Source of the DNA: Sulfitobacter sp.
GTDB taxonomy: Bacteria; Pseudomonadota; Alphaproteobacteria; Rhodobacterales; Rhodobacteraceae
Direction: 5' to 3'
DNA: 64,000 bases
NCBI GenBank assembly: GCA_034669925.1
Contig: JAXMOM010000005.1
Span: forward strand, 45,345-109,344
How positions within the stretch are numbered: position 1 is the first letter of the stretch; every line of letters starts with the position of its first letter. The notes beneath the pieces are model-generated. The model saw only the letters and a list, made by a program, of their open reading frames with translations, did not search any database and was not told the origin of the DNA. Of the stretch, positions 18,075 through 27,181 are shown piece by piece. Position numbers and translations under genes: made by a program.

Positions 18075-19268
18075 ATGCTGAACGGCAAAAGAATTCTTCT
18101 GATCATTGGCGGCGGGATTGCGGCGTTCAAATCGCTGGACCTGATCCGGCGCCTGCGCGAACGCGGCGCATCGGTGACGCCGGTGCTGACCCAGGCGGGG
18201 GCGGAATTTGTCACGCCGCTGTCCGTTTCTGCGCTGGCTGGGACCAAAGTGTATCGCGACCTGTTCGATCTGACGGACGAGGCCGAGATGGGTCATATCC
18301 AACTGTCCCGTTCTGCCGATCTGGTGCTGGTGGCGCCGGCCACTGCCGACCTGATGGCGAAGATGGCGCAGGGGCTGGCGAATGATCTGGCCTCGACACT
18401 GCTGCTGGCGACCGACACGCCCGTGATGATCGCACCCGCGATGAACGTGCGCATGTGGGACCACCCCGCGACCCAGCGCAATCTGGCGACCCTACGCGGG
18501 GACGGGATTGCGGTGATCGGACCGAATGATGGCGACATGGCCTGTGGCGAGTTTGGGCCGGGCCGCATGGCCGAGCCGCTGGAGATTGTCGCAGACCTTG
18601 AGGGCGCGCTGGGCGGTGGGCCGCTGGCGGGCAAACGGGTGCTGGTCACCTCGGGGCCGACGCACGAGCCAATTGATCCGGTGCGCTATATCGCAAACCG
18701 CTCTTCCGGCGCGCAAGGCACGGCGCTGGGGGCGGCGCTGGCGGCATTGGGGGCAGAAGTTGTCTTTGTCACCGGACCTGCCGACGTGCCCCCGCCTGCG
18801 GGCGTGCAGGTGGTCAAGGTACAGACCGCACAGCAGATGTTGCAAGCCGTGCAGGCCGCACTGCCCTGCGATGTGGCGGTCTTTGCTGCAGCGGTGGCCG
18901 ACTGGCGGGTCGCGTCAGCCTCGGATCGCAAGCTGAAAAAGACCAAGGACGGGATGCCAAAGCTGGAGTTCGCCGAGAACCCCGACATTCTTGCCGTCGT
19001 ATCGCAGATGACAGAGGGGCGGCCGGGGCTGGTTGTGGGCTTTGCCGCCGAGACGAACGATGTTATCGAACATGCGACCGCCAAGCGCGCGCGCAAAGGA
19101 TGCGACTGGATCGTTGCGAACGATGTCTCGCCCGAAACGGGGATCATGGGCGGCCACGAAAATGCGGTGCATCTGATTTCGGACGCGGGCGTCGAGGATT
19201 GGCCGCGCATGGGCAAGGATGCCGTGGCACAAAAACTGGCGGCGCGGATTGCGGCGGCGTTGAGCTGA
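18075..19268 (+). CDS. coaBC: Bifunctional phosphopantothenoylcysteine decarboxylase/phosphopantothenate--cysteine ligase
   Basis: 397 aa with a flavoprotein N-domain (ILLIIGGGIAAFK, PAMNVRMW) and a DFP C-domain (ITSGPT.EPIDPVR.I.N.SSG). Confidence 0.95.
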   Translation: MLNGKRILLIIGGGIAAFKSLDLIRRLRERGASVTPVLTQAGAEFVTPLSVSALAGTKVYRDLFDLTDEAEMGHIQLSRSADLVLVAPATADLMAKMAQGLANDLASTLLLATDTPVMIAPAMNVRMWDHPATQRNLATLRGDGIAVIGPNDGDMACGEFGPGRMAEPLEIVADLEGALGGGPLAGKRVLVTSGPTHEPIDPVRYIANRSSGAQGTALGAALAALGAEVVFVTGPADVPPPAGVQVVKVQTAQQMLQAVQAALPCDVAVFAAAVADWRVASASDRKLKKTKDGMPKLEFAENPDILAVVSQMTEGRPGLVVGFAAETNDVIEHATAKRARKGCDWIVANDVSPETGIMGGHENAVHLISDAGVEDWPRMGKDAVAQKLAARIAAALS

Positions 19269-19274
19269 ACTTTA

Positions 19275-19310
19275 ATGCCTCCGGCGGGAGTTTTCTGGCA
19301 AGATGAAGAC
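19275..19310 (+). repeat. REP-like repeat, copy c (ATGCCTCCGGCGGGAGTTTTCTGGCAAGATGAAGAC)
   Basis: Same tail as copies a and d. Contains the dut start codon. Confidence 0.6.
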
Positions 19311-19770
19311 CGATACAGTCACAGTGCAGTTTCTCTGGGATACGGGCGCGGACGCCACGCTTGGTCTGCCGTCCTATGAAACATCCGGTGCTGCCGGTGC
19401 GGATGTGCGGGCGAACTTTGCCGATCGCGCGGCGGTGGTCTTGAAACCCGGTGCGCGGGCGCTGGTGCCGACGGGGTTGCGTATGGCGATTCCGCAAGGG
19501 TTCGAGGTGCAGGTGCGTCCGCGTTCGGGGCTGGCGCTGAAGCATGGTGTGACGCTGGTGAACACGCCCGGCACCATCGACAGCGATTATCGCGGGCCGT
19601 TGGGGGTGATCATGATCAATCTGGGGGCTGACGATTTCGTGGTCGAACACGGAATGCGCATCGCGCAGATCGTCGTGGCCCCAGTGGTGCAGGCGCGGTT
19701 TGATCTGACCGAGACGCTGGATGACACCGCACGCGGCACGGGCGGCTTCGGCTCGACGGGCGCGCAATGA
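19303..19770 (+). CDS. dut: dUTP diphosphatase
   Basis: [16 protein letters not shown] and GTIDSDYRG motifs. 155 aa. Confidence 0.9.
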   Translation: MKTDTVTVQFLWDTGADATLGLPSYETSGAAGADVRANFADRAAVVLKPGARALVPTGLRMAIPQGFEVQVRPRSGLALKHGVTLVNTPGTIDSDYRGPLGVIMINLGADDFVVEHGMRIAQIVVAPVVQARFDLTETLDDTARGTGGFGSTGAQ

Positions 19771-20813
19771 TCCTGGTTCTGGCCCTTGCTGCCGCGCTGT
19801 GGGGCGTCGGGGCCATGATGGGCGCGCCGCGCGCGGTGCGGTTGAACATGGTGCTGCTGTTGTATGTGGCGGTTCTGGCGCTGCATCTGGTGCTGCCGGA
19901 CGCACATCCCTTGCGCATGGCAACGGGCGAGAGTGCGGCGCTGTGGCTGATCCTTGGCGGCTTTGTGGTGCTGGTTCTGGCCTATCGCTGGGGCCTGCGC
20001 CGGTTAAAGGCGAAGGCAGCAGGCGAACAGGCCGAGGTGCCGCAGCCGCAAATCGGGCCGATGACCGAGGTCGAACTGAACCGCTATTCCCGCCACATCG
20101 TTCTGCGCGAGATCGGCGGACCGGGGCAGGTGGCGTTGAAAAACGCGCGCGTGCTGGTCGTGGGGGCCGGTGGCTTGGGTGCCCCTGCCTTGCAGTATCT
20201 TGCTGCCGCAGGCGTGGGCACGCTGGGGGTGATCGACGCCGATGTGGTCGAAGGCAGCAATCTGCAACGTCAGGTGATCCATACGGATGCGCGCATCGGA
20301 ATGCCAAAGGTGTTCTCGGCCCAAGCCGCGCTGGAGGCATTGAACCCCTTCGTGACCGTGCGCCCCTATCACCGCCGATTTGACACAGAGATTGCCGCCG
20401 AGCTGGTCGCGGAATACGATCTGGTGCTGGACGGCACCGACAATTTCGACACCCGCTATCTGGTCAACCGCACGGCGGTGGCGGCGGGGGTGCCGTTGAT
20501 TTCCGGCGCGCTGAGCCAGTGGGAAGGGCAGCTGAGCATCTTTGACCCCGCCCGTGGCGCGCCCTGTTACCAGTGCATTTTCCCCCAAGCCCCCGCTGAC
20601 GGGCTGGCCCCCAGCTGCGCCGAAGCCGGCGTTTTGGGGCCATTGCCCGGTGTGGTGGGGGCGATGATGGCGGTCGAGGCCGTGAAGCTGCTGACCGGCG
20701 CAGGTGCGCCGCTGCGGGGCGAGATGCTGATTTACGACGCGCTTTATGGCGAAAGCCGAAAGATCGGGCTGACACGGCGCGCGGACTGTTCGGTTTGCGG
20801 CGGCCACGGCTGA
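19767..20813 (+). CDS. HesA/MoeB/ThiF family adenylyltransferase with an N-terminal membrane-anchor extension
   Basis: Residues from about 100 onward are [17 protein letters not shown]...[10 protein letters not shown] plus CxxC pairs (CYQC, CSVC). The first ~95 aa form three hydrophobic segments. The ATG overlaps the dut stop. Confidence 0.85.
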   Translation: MILVLALAAALWGVGAMMGAPRAVRLNMVLLLYVAVLALHLVLPDAHPLRMATGESAALWLILGGFVVLVLAYRWGLRRLKAKAAGEQAEVPQPQIGPMTEVELNRYSRHIVLREIGGPGQVALKNARVLVVGAGGLGAPALQYLAAAGVGTLGVIDADVVEGSNLQRQVIHTDARIGMPKVFSAQAALEALNPFVTVRPYHRRFDTEIAAELVAEYDLVLDGTDNFDTRYLVNRTAVAAGVPLISGALSQWEGQLSIFDPARGAPCYQCIFPQAPADGLAPSCAEAGVLGPLPGVVGAMMAVEAVKLLTGAGAPLRGEMLIYDALYGESRKIGLTRRADCSVCGGHG

Positions 20814-20889
20814 TTTCCCGCGCAACTTCGGGCGGATGCGATTGCAAGTGCCGAGGCAAGGGTTAGGTTGTGGGCAAAGGAGACCCGAT

Positions 20890-22902
20890 ATGACCAACCC
20901 CTTGCTTGCCGACTGGGACACACCGTTCCAGATCGCCCCGTTCGACGCGATTTCCGATGATGATTTCACCCCCGCGCTGGAACAAGCGCTGAGCGCGCAC
21001 AACGCCGAGATTGACGCGATTGCGGGCAATGCCGACACGCCGACCTTTGACAATGTGATCGGCGCGCTTGAGGCCGCCGGGCGCGATCTGGACAAGGTGC
21101 TGGGCGTGTTCTTCACCGTCGCGGGGGCCGACAGCAACCCCGCGCGCGAGGGGTTGCAGCGGGAATTTTCACCCAAACTGGCGGCGCATTTCTCGGAAAT
21201 ATCGGCGAATACGGCGCTTTTCGCCCGCGTCGCCGCCGTCTGGGACCAGCGCGATACGCTTGAGTTGACCGACGAACAATCGCGTGTGCTGATGCTGACC
21301 CACCGTGGCTTTGTCCGCGCAGGAGCCGCCCTAAGCGGGGCCGAAGCGGCGCGGATGAAAGAGATCAAGGGGCGTCTGGCCGTACTGGGCACCGAGTTTA
21401 CGCAGAACCTGCTGGCGGACGAACGCGACTGGTACATGGAGCTGGCCGAGACGGACATGGCGGGCCTGCCCGATTTCGTGATCCGCACGGCGCGCGAGGC
21501 AGGCAAGGAAAAGGGTGCCGATGGCGCGGTGATCACCCTGTCACGGTCGCTGATCGTGCCGTTCCTGCAATTCTCGACCCGCCGCGACCTGCGCGAGATC
21601 GCCTACAAGGCATGGACCGCACGGGGCGCCAACGGTGGCAAGACCGACAACCGTGACATCGCTGCCGAAATCCTGAAACTGCGCGAGGAACGGGCCAAGC
21701 TGCTGGGCTATGAAAACTTTGCCGCCTACAAGCTGGAAACAGAAATGGCGGGCGACGCGGCATCGGTGCGGGCCCTGTTGATGCAGGTCTGGGAGCCGGC
21801 CAAGGCACAGGCCGAGGCAGACGCCTGGGTGCTGGCCCAGATGATGCAACAGGACGGCGTGAACGGCGAGTTGCAGGCCTGGGACTGGCGGTTCTACTCT
21901 GAGCGCCGCCGTCAGCAACTGCACGATCTGGATGAGGCCGAGCTGAAGCCGTATTTCCAACTGGACCGGATGATCGAGGCGTCGTTTGACTGCGCGTCGC
22001 GTCTGTTTGGCCTGTCGTTCGAACCGCTGGACGTGCCGCTCTATCATCCTGATTGCCGCGCGTGGAACGTGACGCGGGGCGGTGAACATATCGCAGTGTT
22101 CATCGGTGACTATTTCGCGCGGGGATCGAAACGCTCGGGGGCTTGGTGCTCTGCAATGCGGTCGCAGGCGAAACACCCGCAGGTGCAGACACCGGTGGTG
22201 ATCAATGTGTGCAACTTTGCCAAGGGCGATCCGGCCTTGCTGTCCTACGACGACGCGCGCACGCTGTTTCACGAATTCGGCCATGCGCTGCACCAGATGT
22301 TGTCGGATGTGACCTATGAAAGCGTGTCGGGCACCTCGGTCGCGCGGGACTTTGTCGAACTGCCGAGCCAGCTTTACGAACACTGGCTGGACGTACCGCA
22401 AGTGCTGGGCACCTTTGCCACTCACGCGGACACGGGCCAGCCCATGCCGCAGGTGTTGCTGGACAAGGTTCTGGCGGCGGCGACTTATGACATGGGGTTC
22501 CAGACCGTCGAATACATTGCCTCGGCGCTGGTCGATCTTGAATTCCATGACGGCACGGCGCCCGCCGACCCGATGGCCCGCCAGGCCGAGATCCTCGAAG
22601 AACTCGGGATGCCACCGGCAATCGGGATGCGCCATGCAACGCCGCATTTCGCCCATGTGTTCTCGGGTGACGGATATTCCTCGGGGTACTACAGCTACAT
22701 GTGGTCCGAAGTGATGGACGCCGATGCCTTTGCAGCCTTCGAAGAGGCCGGAGGCGCATTCGACGAGACGGTGGCCAGGGCGCTGGAGGAAAACATCCTC
22801 AGCACCGGCGGCAGCCGCGACGCGGCAGAGCTGTACACGGCATTCCGTGGTCGTTTGCCGGGGGTCGAAGCCTTGTTGAAAGGGCGCGGTCTGGCTGCGT
22901 GA
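20890..22902 (+). CDS. dcp: M3 family metallopeptidase (peptidyl-dipeptidase Dcp type)
   Basis: About 670 aa with the HEFGH zinc motif. Start at ATG 20890, preceded by AAGGAGA. Confidence 0.88.
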   Translation: MTNPLLADWDTPFQIAPFDAISDDDFTPALEQALSAHNAEIDAIAGNADTPTFDNVIGALEAAGRDLDKVLGVFFTVAGADSNPAREGLQREFSPKLAAHFSEISANTALFARVAAVWDQRDTLELTDEQSRVLMLTHRGFVRAGAALSGAEAARMKEIKGRLAVLGTEFTQNLLADERDWYMELAETDMAGLPDFVIRTAREAGKEKGADGAVITLSRSLIVPFLQFSTRRDLREIAYKAWTARGANGGKTDNRDIAAEILKLREERAKLLGYENFAAYKLETEMAGDAASVRALLMQVWEPAKAQAEADAWVLAQMMQQDGVNGELQAWDWRFYSERRRQQLHDLDEAELKPYFQLDRMIEASFDCASRLFGLSFEPLDVPLYHPDCRAWNVTRGGEHIAVFIGDYFARGSKRSGAWCSAMRSQAKHPQVQTPVVINVCNFAKGDPALLSYDDARTLFHEFGHALHQMLSDVTYESVSGTSVARDFVELPSQLYEHWLDVPQVLGTFATHADTGQPMPQVLLDKVLAAATYDMGFQTVEYIASALVDLEFHDGTAPADPMARQAEILEELGMPPAIGMRHATPHFAHVFSGDGYSSGYYSYMWSEVMDADAFAAFEEAGGAFDETVARALEENILSTGGSRDAAELYTAFRGRLPGVEALLKGRGLAA

Positions 22903-22985
22903 TACAACCGCCGCCGCTCTTTGGGGGCGGCGGCATTGGTCAGGAACACTTGCCGAAAGACATGTAACCAAATGCGGAGCACCGA

Positions 22986-23921
22986 ATGACAAAAGATCCC
23001 TATGCCGCACTTGGCCTGACCAAAGAGGCCAGCGCAGATGACATCAAAAAGGCCTATCGCAAGATCGCGCGCACCGATCACCCCGACCTGAACCCCGACG
23101 ATCCCCGGGCCGAGGCGCGGTTCAAAGCGGCGGGGCAGGCCTATGACCTGCTGAAAGACCCCGAACAGCGGCGTCGGTTCGATGCCGGTGAAATCGACGC
23201 CTCCGGGGCCGAGCAAGCGCCGCGCGGCTATTACCGAGACACGGCACGTGGACCGGAAAACCCCTATACCCAAAGCCGGACCTCACAGGGCAACCCGTTT
23301 GAGGGCGGCTTTGATGCGGACGATTTCTTTGCCAACTTCGCCCGCAGTCGTGGCGCAGACTTTGGCCGTGGTGCGCCGGGCGATATGCCTGGTCAGGATG
23401 TGCAATACCGTCTGGGGGTGCCGTTTCTGGATGCGGCTTTGGGCACCAAGACGCGGATCACCCTGCCGGATGGTGGCACGCTGGGCGTCACGATCCCCGA
23501 AGGGGCGCGCGACGGTCAGACCCTGCGGTTGCGGGGCAAGGGCACGCCGGGATATGGCGCAGGCCAGCCGGGCGACGCCTTTATCACGCTGGATGTCATC
23601 CCGAACCCTGATTTCGAACGGGACGGTGACGATATTGTCGTGACGCTGCCGATCACCATCGACGAGGCGATCCTTGGCGGCAAGGTGCCGGTGCGCACCG
23701 TCTCTGGCACGGTCAAAGTCAGCGTGCCCGCCGGTGCCAGCTCGGGTCAGGTGCTGCGGTTGAAAGGGCGCGGCGTCAAAGGGCGCAACGGAAAGGGCGA
23801 CCAGCGCATCACGTTGCGCATCGTCAGCCCGCCAAAGATCGACGACGCACTGAAAACCTTCATGGAGGATTGGCGGACCACCCATTCCTATGATCCGCGC
23901 ACAGGAAAGGAAACGAAATGA
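22986..23921 (+). CDS. cbpA: J-domain co-chaperone (CbpA-like curved-DNA-binding protein)
   Basis: J domain DPYAALGL...YRKIARTDHPDLNP with HPD, plus DnaJ C-terminal beta domains and no zinc finger. Confidence 0.85.
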   Translation: MTKDPYAALGLTKEASADDIKKAYRKIARTDHPDLNPDDPRAEARFKAAGQAYDLLKDPEQRRRFDAGEIDASGAEQAPRGYYRDTARGPENPYTQSRTSQGNPFEGGFDADDFFANFARSRGADFGRGAPGDMPGQDVQYRLGVPFLDAALGTKTRITLPDGGTLGVTIPEGARDGQTLRLRGKGTPGYGAGQPGDAFITLDVIPNPDFERDGDDIVVTLPITIDEAILGGKVPVRTVSGTVKVSVPAGASSGQVLRLKGRGVKGRNGKGDQRITLRIVSPPKIDDALKTFMEDWRTTHSYDPRTGKETK

Positions 23922-24250
23922 CCGATGCATATGCCCCCGATCAGGTGATAGCGCGCGTCACCTCGTTGACCGCCGAACGTCTTAGCCATTTTGAACGCCT
24001 GCGCATCGTCACACCGGTGACCACCCCCGACGGGCCGCGCTACCGCACGCTGGACATCCGCCGGATCACGCTGCTGTGCGAACTGACCGATGATTTCGAG
24101 GTGAACGAAGATGCCTTGGTGATCATCATGTCACTGCTGGACCAGTTGCACGGCGCGCACAGCAAGCTGGAGCAGGTGATGCAGGCGATCGGCGCTGAGC
24201 CATCCGAGACCAAGCTGCGTCTGTCGCGGCGTTTGGCGGGGGAAGACTGA
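23918..24250 (+). CDS. cbpM: Chaperone modulator CbpM (MerR-like)
   Basis: 110-aa ORF translationally coupled to cbpA (ATGA overlap). Size and position match cbpM. Confidence 0.7.
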   Translation: MTDAYAPDQVIARVTSLTAERLSHFERLRIVTPVTTPDGPRYRTLDIRRITLLCELTDDFEVNEDALVIIMSLLDQLHGAHSKLEQVMQAIGAEPSETKLRLSRRLAGED

Positions 24251-24254
24251 CCCG

Positions 24255-25097
24255 TTAGCCTGCCTTCAGCAAGGCCTGTCGCAGGGCGCTCTGATCCAGC
24301 GGTGTCCCTGAAAACAGCGCCCATGCATGGACGCCTTGGTAAAAGAACAGCTCCCACCCTGAAATGATGTGCAGCCCTTCGGCGGTGCAATCGGTCAGAA
24401 ACTGCGTGTCCGTCGGCGTATAGACCGCGTCAAAGGCCCAAGTCGCACCATCCATCGCGCTGCGGGGCAGGGGCGTGCCGTCATAACCGACCATGCCCAC
24501 CGGGGTGCAGTTGATCAGGCCGGTCGCGCCGATGGCCGCCTCTGCGGCGTCCATGCTGACGATGACTGCGACGTCGGGCGCGCTCGTGGTCAGGTCGTGG
24601 GCCAATGCCGCGGCCTTGGCCCGGTCCCGATCGACCAGCCGCAGTTCCGACACACCCAGCCCCACCAGCCCGAACGCAACAGCGCGTCCCACGCCACCGG
24701 TGCCGATCATCAGAACCGTATCGGGTGCCTGCGTCCCGCGTTCGGCCTGATAGGCGGCCATGAAGCCGGAATAATCGGTATTGAACCCTTGGGGCCCGCC
24801 GCCGTCAAAGATCACCGTGTTGATCGCCCCGATGGCGCGCACCAACGGGTCGGTGATGCGCGCGCGCGCAACCGCCTGTTCCTTGTAAGGATAGGTGATG
24901 TTGATCCCGCGAAAGCCAGCTTCGGCGCAGTGGTCAAAGACCTGATCAAAACTTTCGCCCCGCGCGGGTGGCACCAGACGGTCGTAGCGCACCGCGATGC
25001 CGTTCTGATCGCCCGCCAGACGGTGCAGCAGCGGCGCGCGCGATTGCGCGATATTGTCGCCGATCAGTCCCAGTTGCAGGGATGTGCTGTGCGCCAC
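24255..25097 (-). CDS. Shikimate/quinate dehydrogenase family protein
   Basis: LGLIGDNIAQSRAPLLH, GINITYPYK and a GTGGVGRA Rossmann motif. Start chosen at GTG 25097, with AAGGA 6 nt upstream. The longer ORF overlaps the upstream gene. Confidence 0.8.
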   Translation of the reverse strand: MAHSTSLQLGLIGDNIAQSRAPLLHRLAGDQNGIAVRYDRLVPPARGESFDQVFDHCAEAGFRGINITYPYKEQAVARARITDPLVRAIGAINTVIFDGGGPQGFNTDYSGFMAAYQAERGTQAPDTVLMIGTGGVGRAVAFGLVGLGVSELRLVDRDRAKAAALAHDLTTSAPDVAVIVSMDAAEAAIGATGLINCTPVGMVGYDGTPLPRSAMDGATWAFDAVYTPTDTQFLTDCTAEGLHIISGWELFFYQGVHAWALFSGTPLDQSALRQALLKAG

Positions 25098-25108
25098 CGT
25101 CCTTGGCC

Positions 25109-26038
25109 TCAGTAACCGGCGGACCGGTCCACCAGATGCAGGAACGGTGCACCCGCTTCGCCGCGGCGGATGTTTTCCGCGATGGTCAGGGCCGAATACG
25201 TCGCCCGCGTCTCGGCGGCGACGTGGGGCGTGACCGTAACGCGCGGGTGGTGCCAAAATGGGTGCGCTTCGGGCAGCGGTTCCACGCGAAACACGTCCAG
25301 CGTGGCATGGCCGACCTGACCCGTGTCCAGTGCCGCCAGCAGCGCGTCGTCGTCAATCAGCGGCCCACGCCCGGGGTTGATGATGCACGCGCCCTTGGCC
25401 AACAGTCCCAGCGTATCGGCGTTCAGCGTGTTTTCGGTCGCAGGCGTGTCGGGCAGCAACAGCACGACGATTTCCGCCCCTGTCAGCGCCTTGCCCAGAC
25501 CCGCCGTGCCCGACAGGCAGCGAATGCCGTCGATGTCCTTGGGGCCGCGCGACCAGCCGGTCACGTCAAAACCCACCAGCGCCAGCATCTGCGCACAAGC
25601 CGTGCCCAACTCTCCCAGCCCCAGCACGGTCACCTTGCGGTCCCATGCCAGCGGCGGCGCCACGTTCTTCCACACACCGGGGGCGCAATTGATATGCGCG
25701 TCCATACCCAGATGATGGCGCAGCGTGTGGCCGGTGACCCATTCGCACATGCCCTGGCTCAGGCCCGGATCAACCATCCGCGTCAGCGGGATATTCAGCG
25801 TCGGATTGCCCACGATCTTTTCGACACCGGCCCACAGGTTCAGCACAGCCTTGGCCCGTGTATAGGGCGCAAAATCCTGCACCGGTGAATTGGGCGCATA
25901 AACGATATAGTCGACCTCGGCCGGCGGAATATCCAATGCCACATTGGCCTCGACCCCCGCGTTGGCGATGGCCTGTTTCAGGGGTGTTTCATAGCTGCCC
26001 CAGGTGTCGGGCTGGGCTGCGAAGAGTACATTGATCAT
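25109..26038 (-). CDS. D-isomer-specific 2-hydroxyacid dehydrogenase (glyoxylate/hydroxypyruvate reductase A-like)
   Basis: NAD-binding segment VTVLGLGELG and a C-terminal catalytic region (...TPHVAA). 309 aa. Confidence 0.85.
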   Translation of the reverse strand: MINVLFAAQPDTWGSYETPLKQAIANAGVEANVALDIPPAEVDYIVYAPNSPVQDFAPYTRAKAVLNLWAGVEKIVGNPTLNIPLTRMVDPGLSQGMCEWVTGHTLRHHLGMDAHINCAPGVWKNVAPPLAWDRKVTVLGLGELGTACAQMLALVGFDVTGWSRGPKDIDGIRCLSGTAGLGKALTGAEIVVLLLPDTPATENTLNADTLGLLAKGACIINPGRGPLIDDDALLAALDTGQVGHATLDVFRVEPLPEAHPFWHHPRVTVTPHVAAETRATYSALTIAENIRRGEAGAPFLHLVDRSAGY

Positions 26039-26041
26039 AAA

Positions 26042-27181
26042 TTACCTTGGTCGGTGGATGTGGGCGCTTTGGACAAAACCAAAGGCGAGCATGAGAACAA
26101 GCATCGCAGACCCACCATAACTGACCAGCGGCAAAGGCACACCCACAACCGGGGCCAGACCCATGACCATCGACATATTCACTGAGAAAAAGAGGAAAAA
26201 GTTCAACGCCAGCCCCAGAATAAGCAGCGATGAAAACCGGTCGCGGTTGTTCACCGCAGAGACGACGCAGAAAAAGATGATCAGCGCGTACAGCACCAGC
26301 AACGAAAACCCGCCGACAAAGCCGAACTCTTCGGCCAGCGTGGTAAAGATAAAGTCGGTGTGCTTTTCGGGCAGAAAGTTCAGCCGCGATTGCGTGCCTT
26401 GCATGAACCCGCGCCCGGTCCAGCCGCCCGACCCCAGCGCGATCTTGGATTGGGTGATGTGATAGCCTGCGCCCAGCGGGTCCGAGGAGGGATCAAGGAA
26501 CGTGTCGATCCGGCGGTACTGGTAATCCTTGATCAACTGCCACGGCGTGCCGCGCGACTGGAACACGGCAGCAATCAGCCCGATCCCCGCGGCAAGCACC
26601 GCCGCAAAATAGGCCCAGTGCACACCGGCCAGAAACATCAGCCCGCCCCCCGCTGCCAGCAACAGGATCGCGGTGCCAAGGTCGGGCTGGCCCAGTACCA
26701 GCACCGTGGGCACCAGGATCACGACCACCGGTATCAAAACCCAGAACGGGCGCGACTTCTTGGCAGGGGGCAGCCAGTCGTAATAGGCCGCCAGAAACAT
26801 CACCAGCGTGACCTTCATCAATTCGGACGGTTGCAACCGCATGAACCCCAAATCAATCCAGCGCTGCGCCCCCATCCCGACCGAACCGAACAGTTCGACC
26901 GCGATCAGCAGCATCACCGACACGCCGTAGGCCACCGAAGACACCGACCGCCAGAACCAGATCGGGACCATGCCCACCAGAACCATCAGCACCAGCCCGA
27001 CGCCAAAGCGTTCCATCTGCGGCTCGGCCCAAGGCATATAGGATCCGCCCGCCACGGAATACAGCATCAGGAACCCGACACCTGCAACGGAACTAAGCAA
27101 AAGGGTCAGTGGCCAGTTCAGATACAGAAGCTTGCGAAAACCGGTTGGAACGGATTTGACCGTATACTCAAGATAGCTCAT
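26042..27181 (-). CDS. rodA: SEDS peptidoglycan glycosyltransferase RodA
   Basis: Ten-TM FtsW/RodA/SpoVE family (PSELMK, TDFIF..LAEEFGF, SYGGS). Sits downstream of mrdA. Confidence 0.93.
   Translation of the reverse strand: MSYLEYTVKSVPTGFRKLLYLNWPLTLLLSSVAGVGFLMLYSVAGGSYMPWAEPQMERFGVGLVLMVLVGMVPIWFWRSVSSVAYGVSVMLLIAVELFGSVGMGAQRWIDLGFMRLQPSELMKVTLVMFLAAYYDWLPPAKKSRPFWVLIPVVVILVPTVLVLGQPDLGTAILLLAAGGGLMFLAGVHWAYFAAVLAAGIGLIAAVFQSRGTPWQLIKDYQYRRIDTFLDPSSDPLGAGYHITQSKIALGSGGWTGRGFMQGTQSRLNFLPEKHTDFIFTTLAEEFGFVGGFSLLVLYALIIFFCVVSAVNNRDRFSSLLILGLALNFFLFFSVNMSMVMGLAPVVGVPLPLVSYGGSAMLVLMLAFGFVQSAHIHRPR

Noticed and set aside
22951-22985. Possible sigma-32-type promoter (CTTG...N16...CCAAAT) upstream of cbpA.
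   Set aside because: It only weakly resembles the alphaproteobacterial RpoH consensus. With no transcription start data it cannot be told apart from chance.
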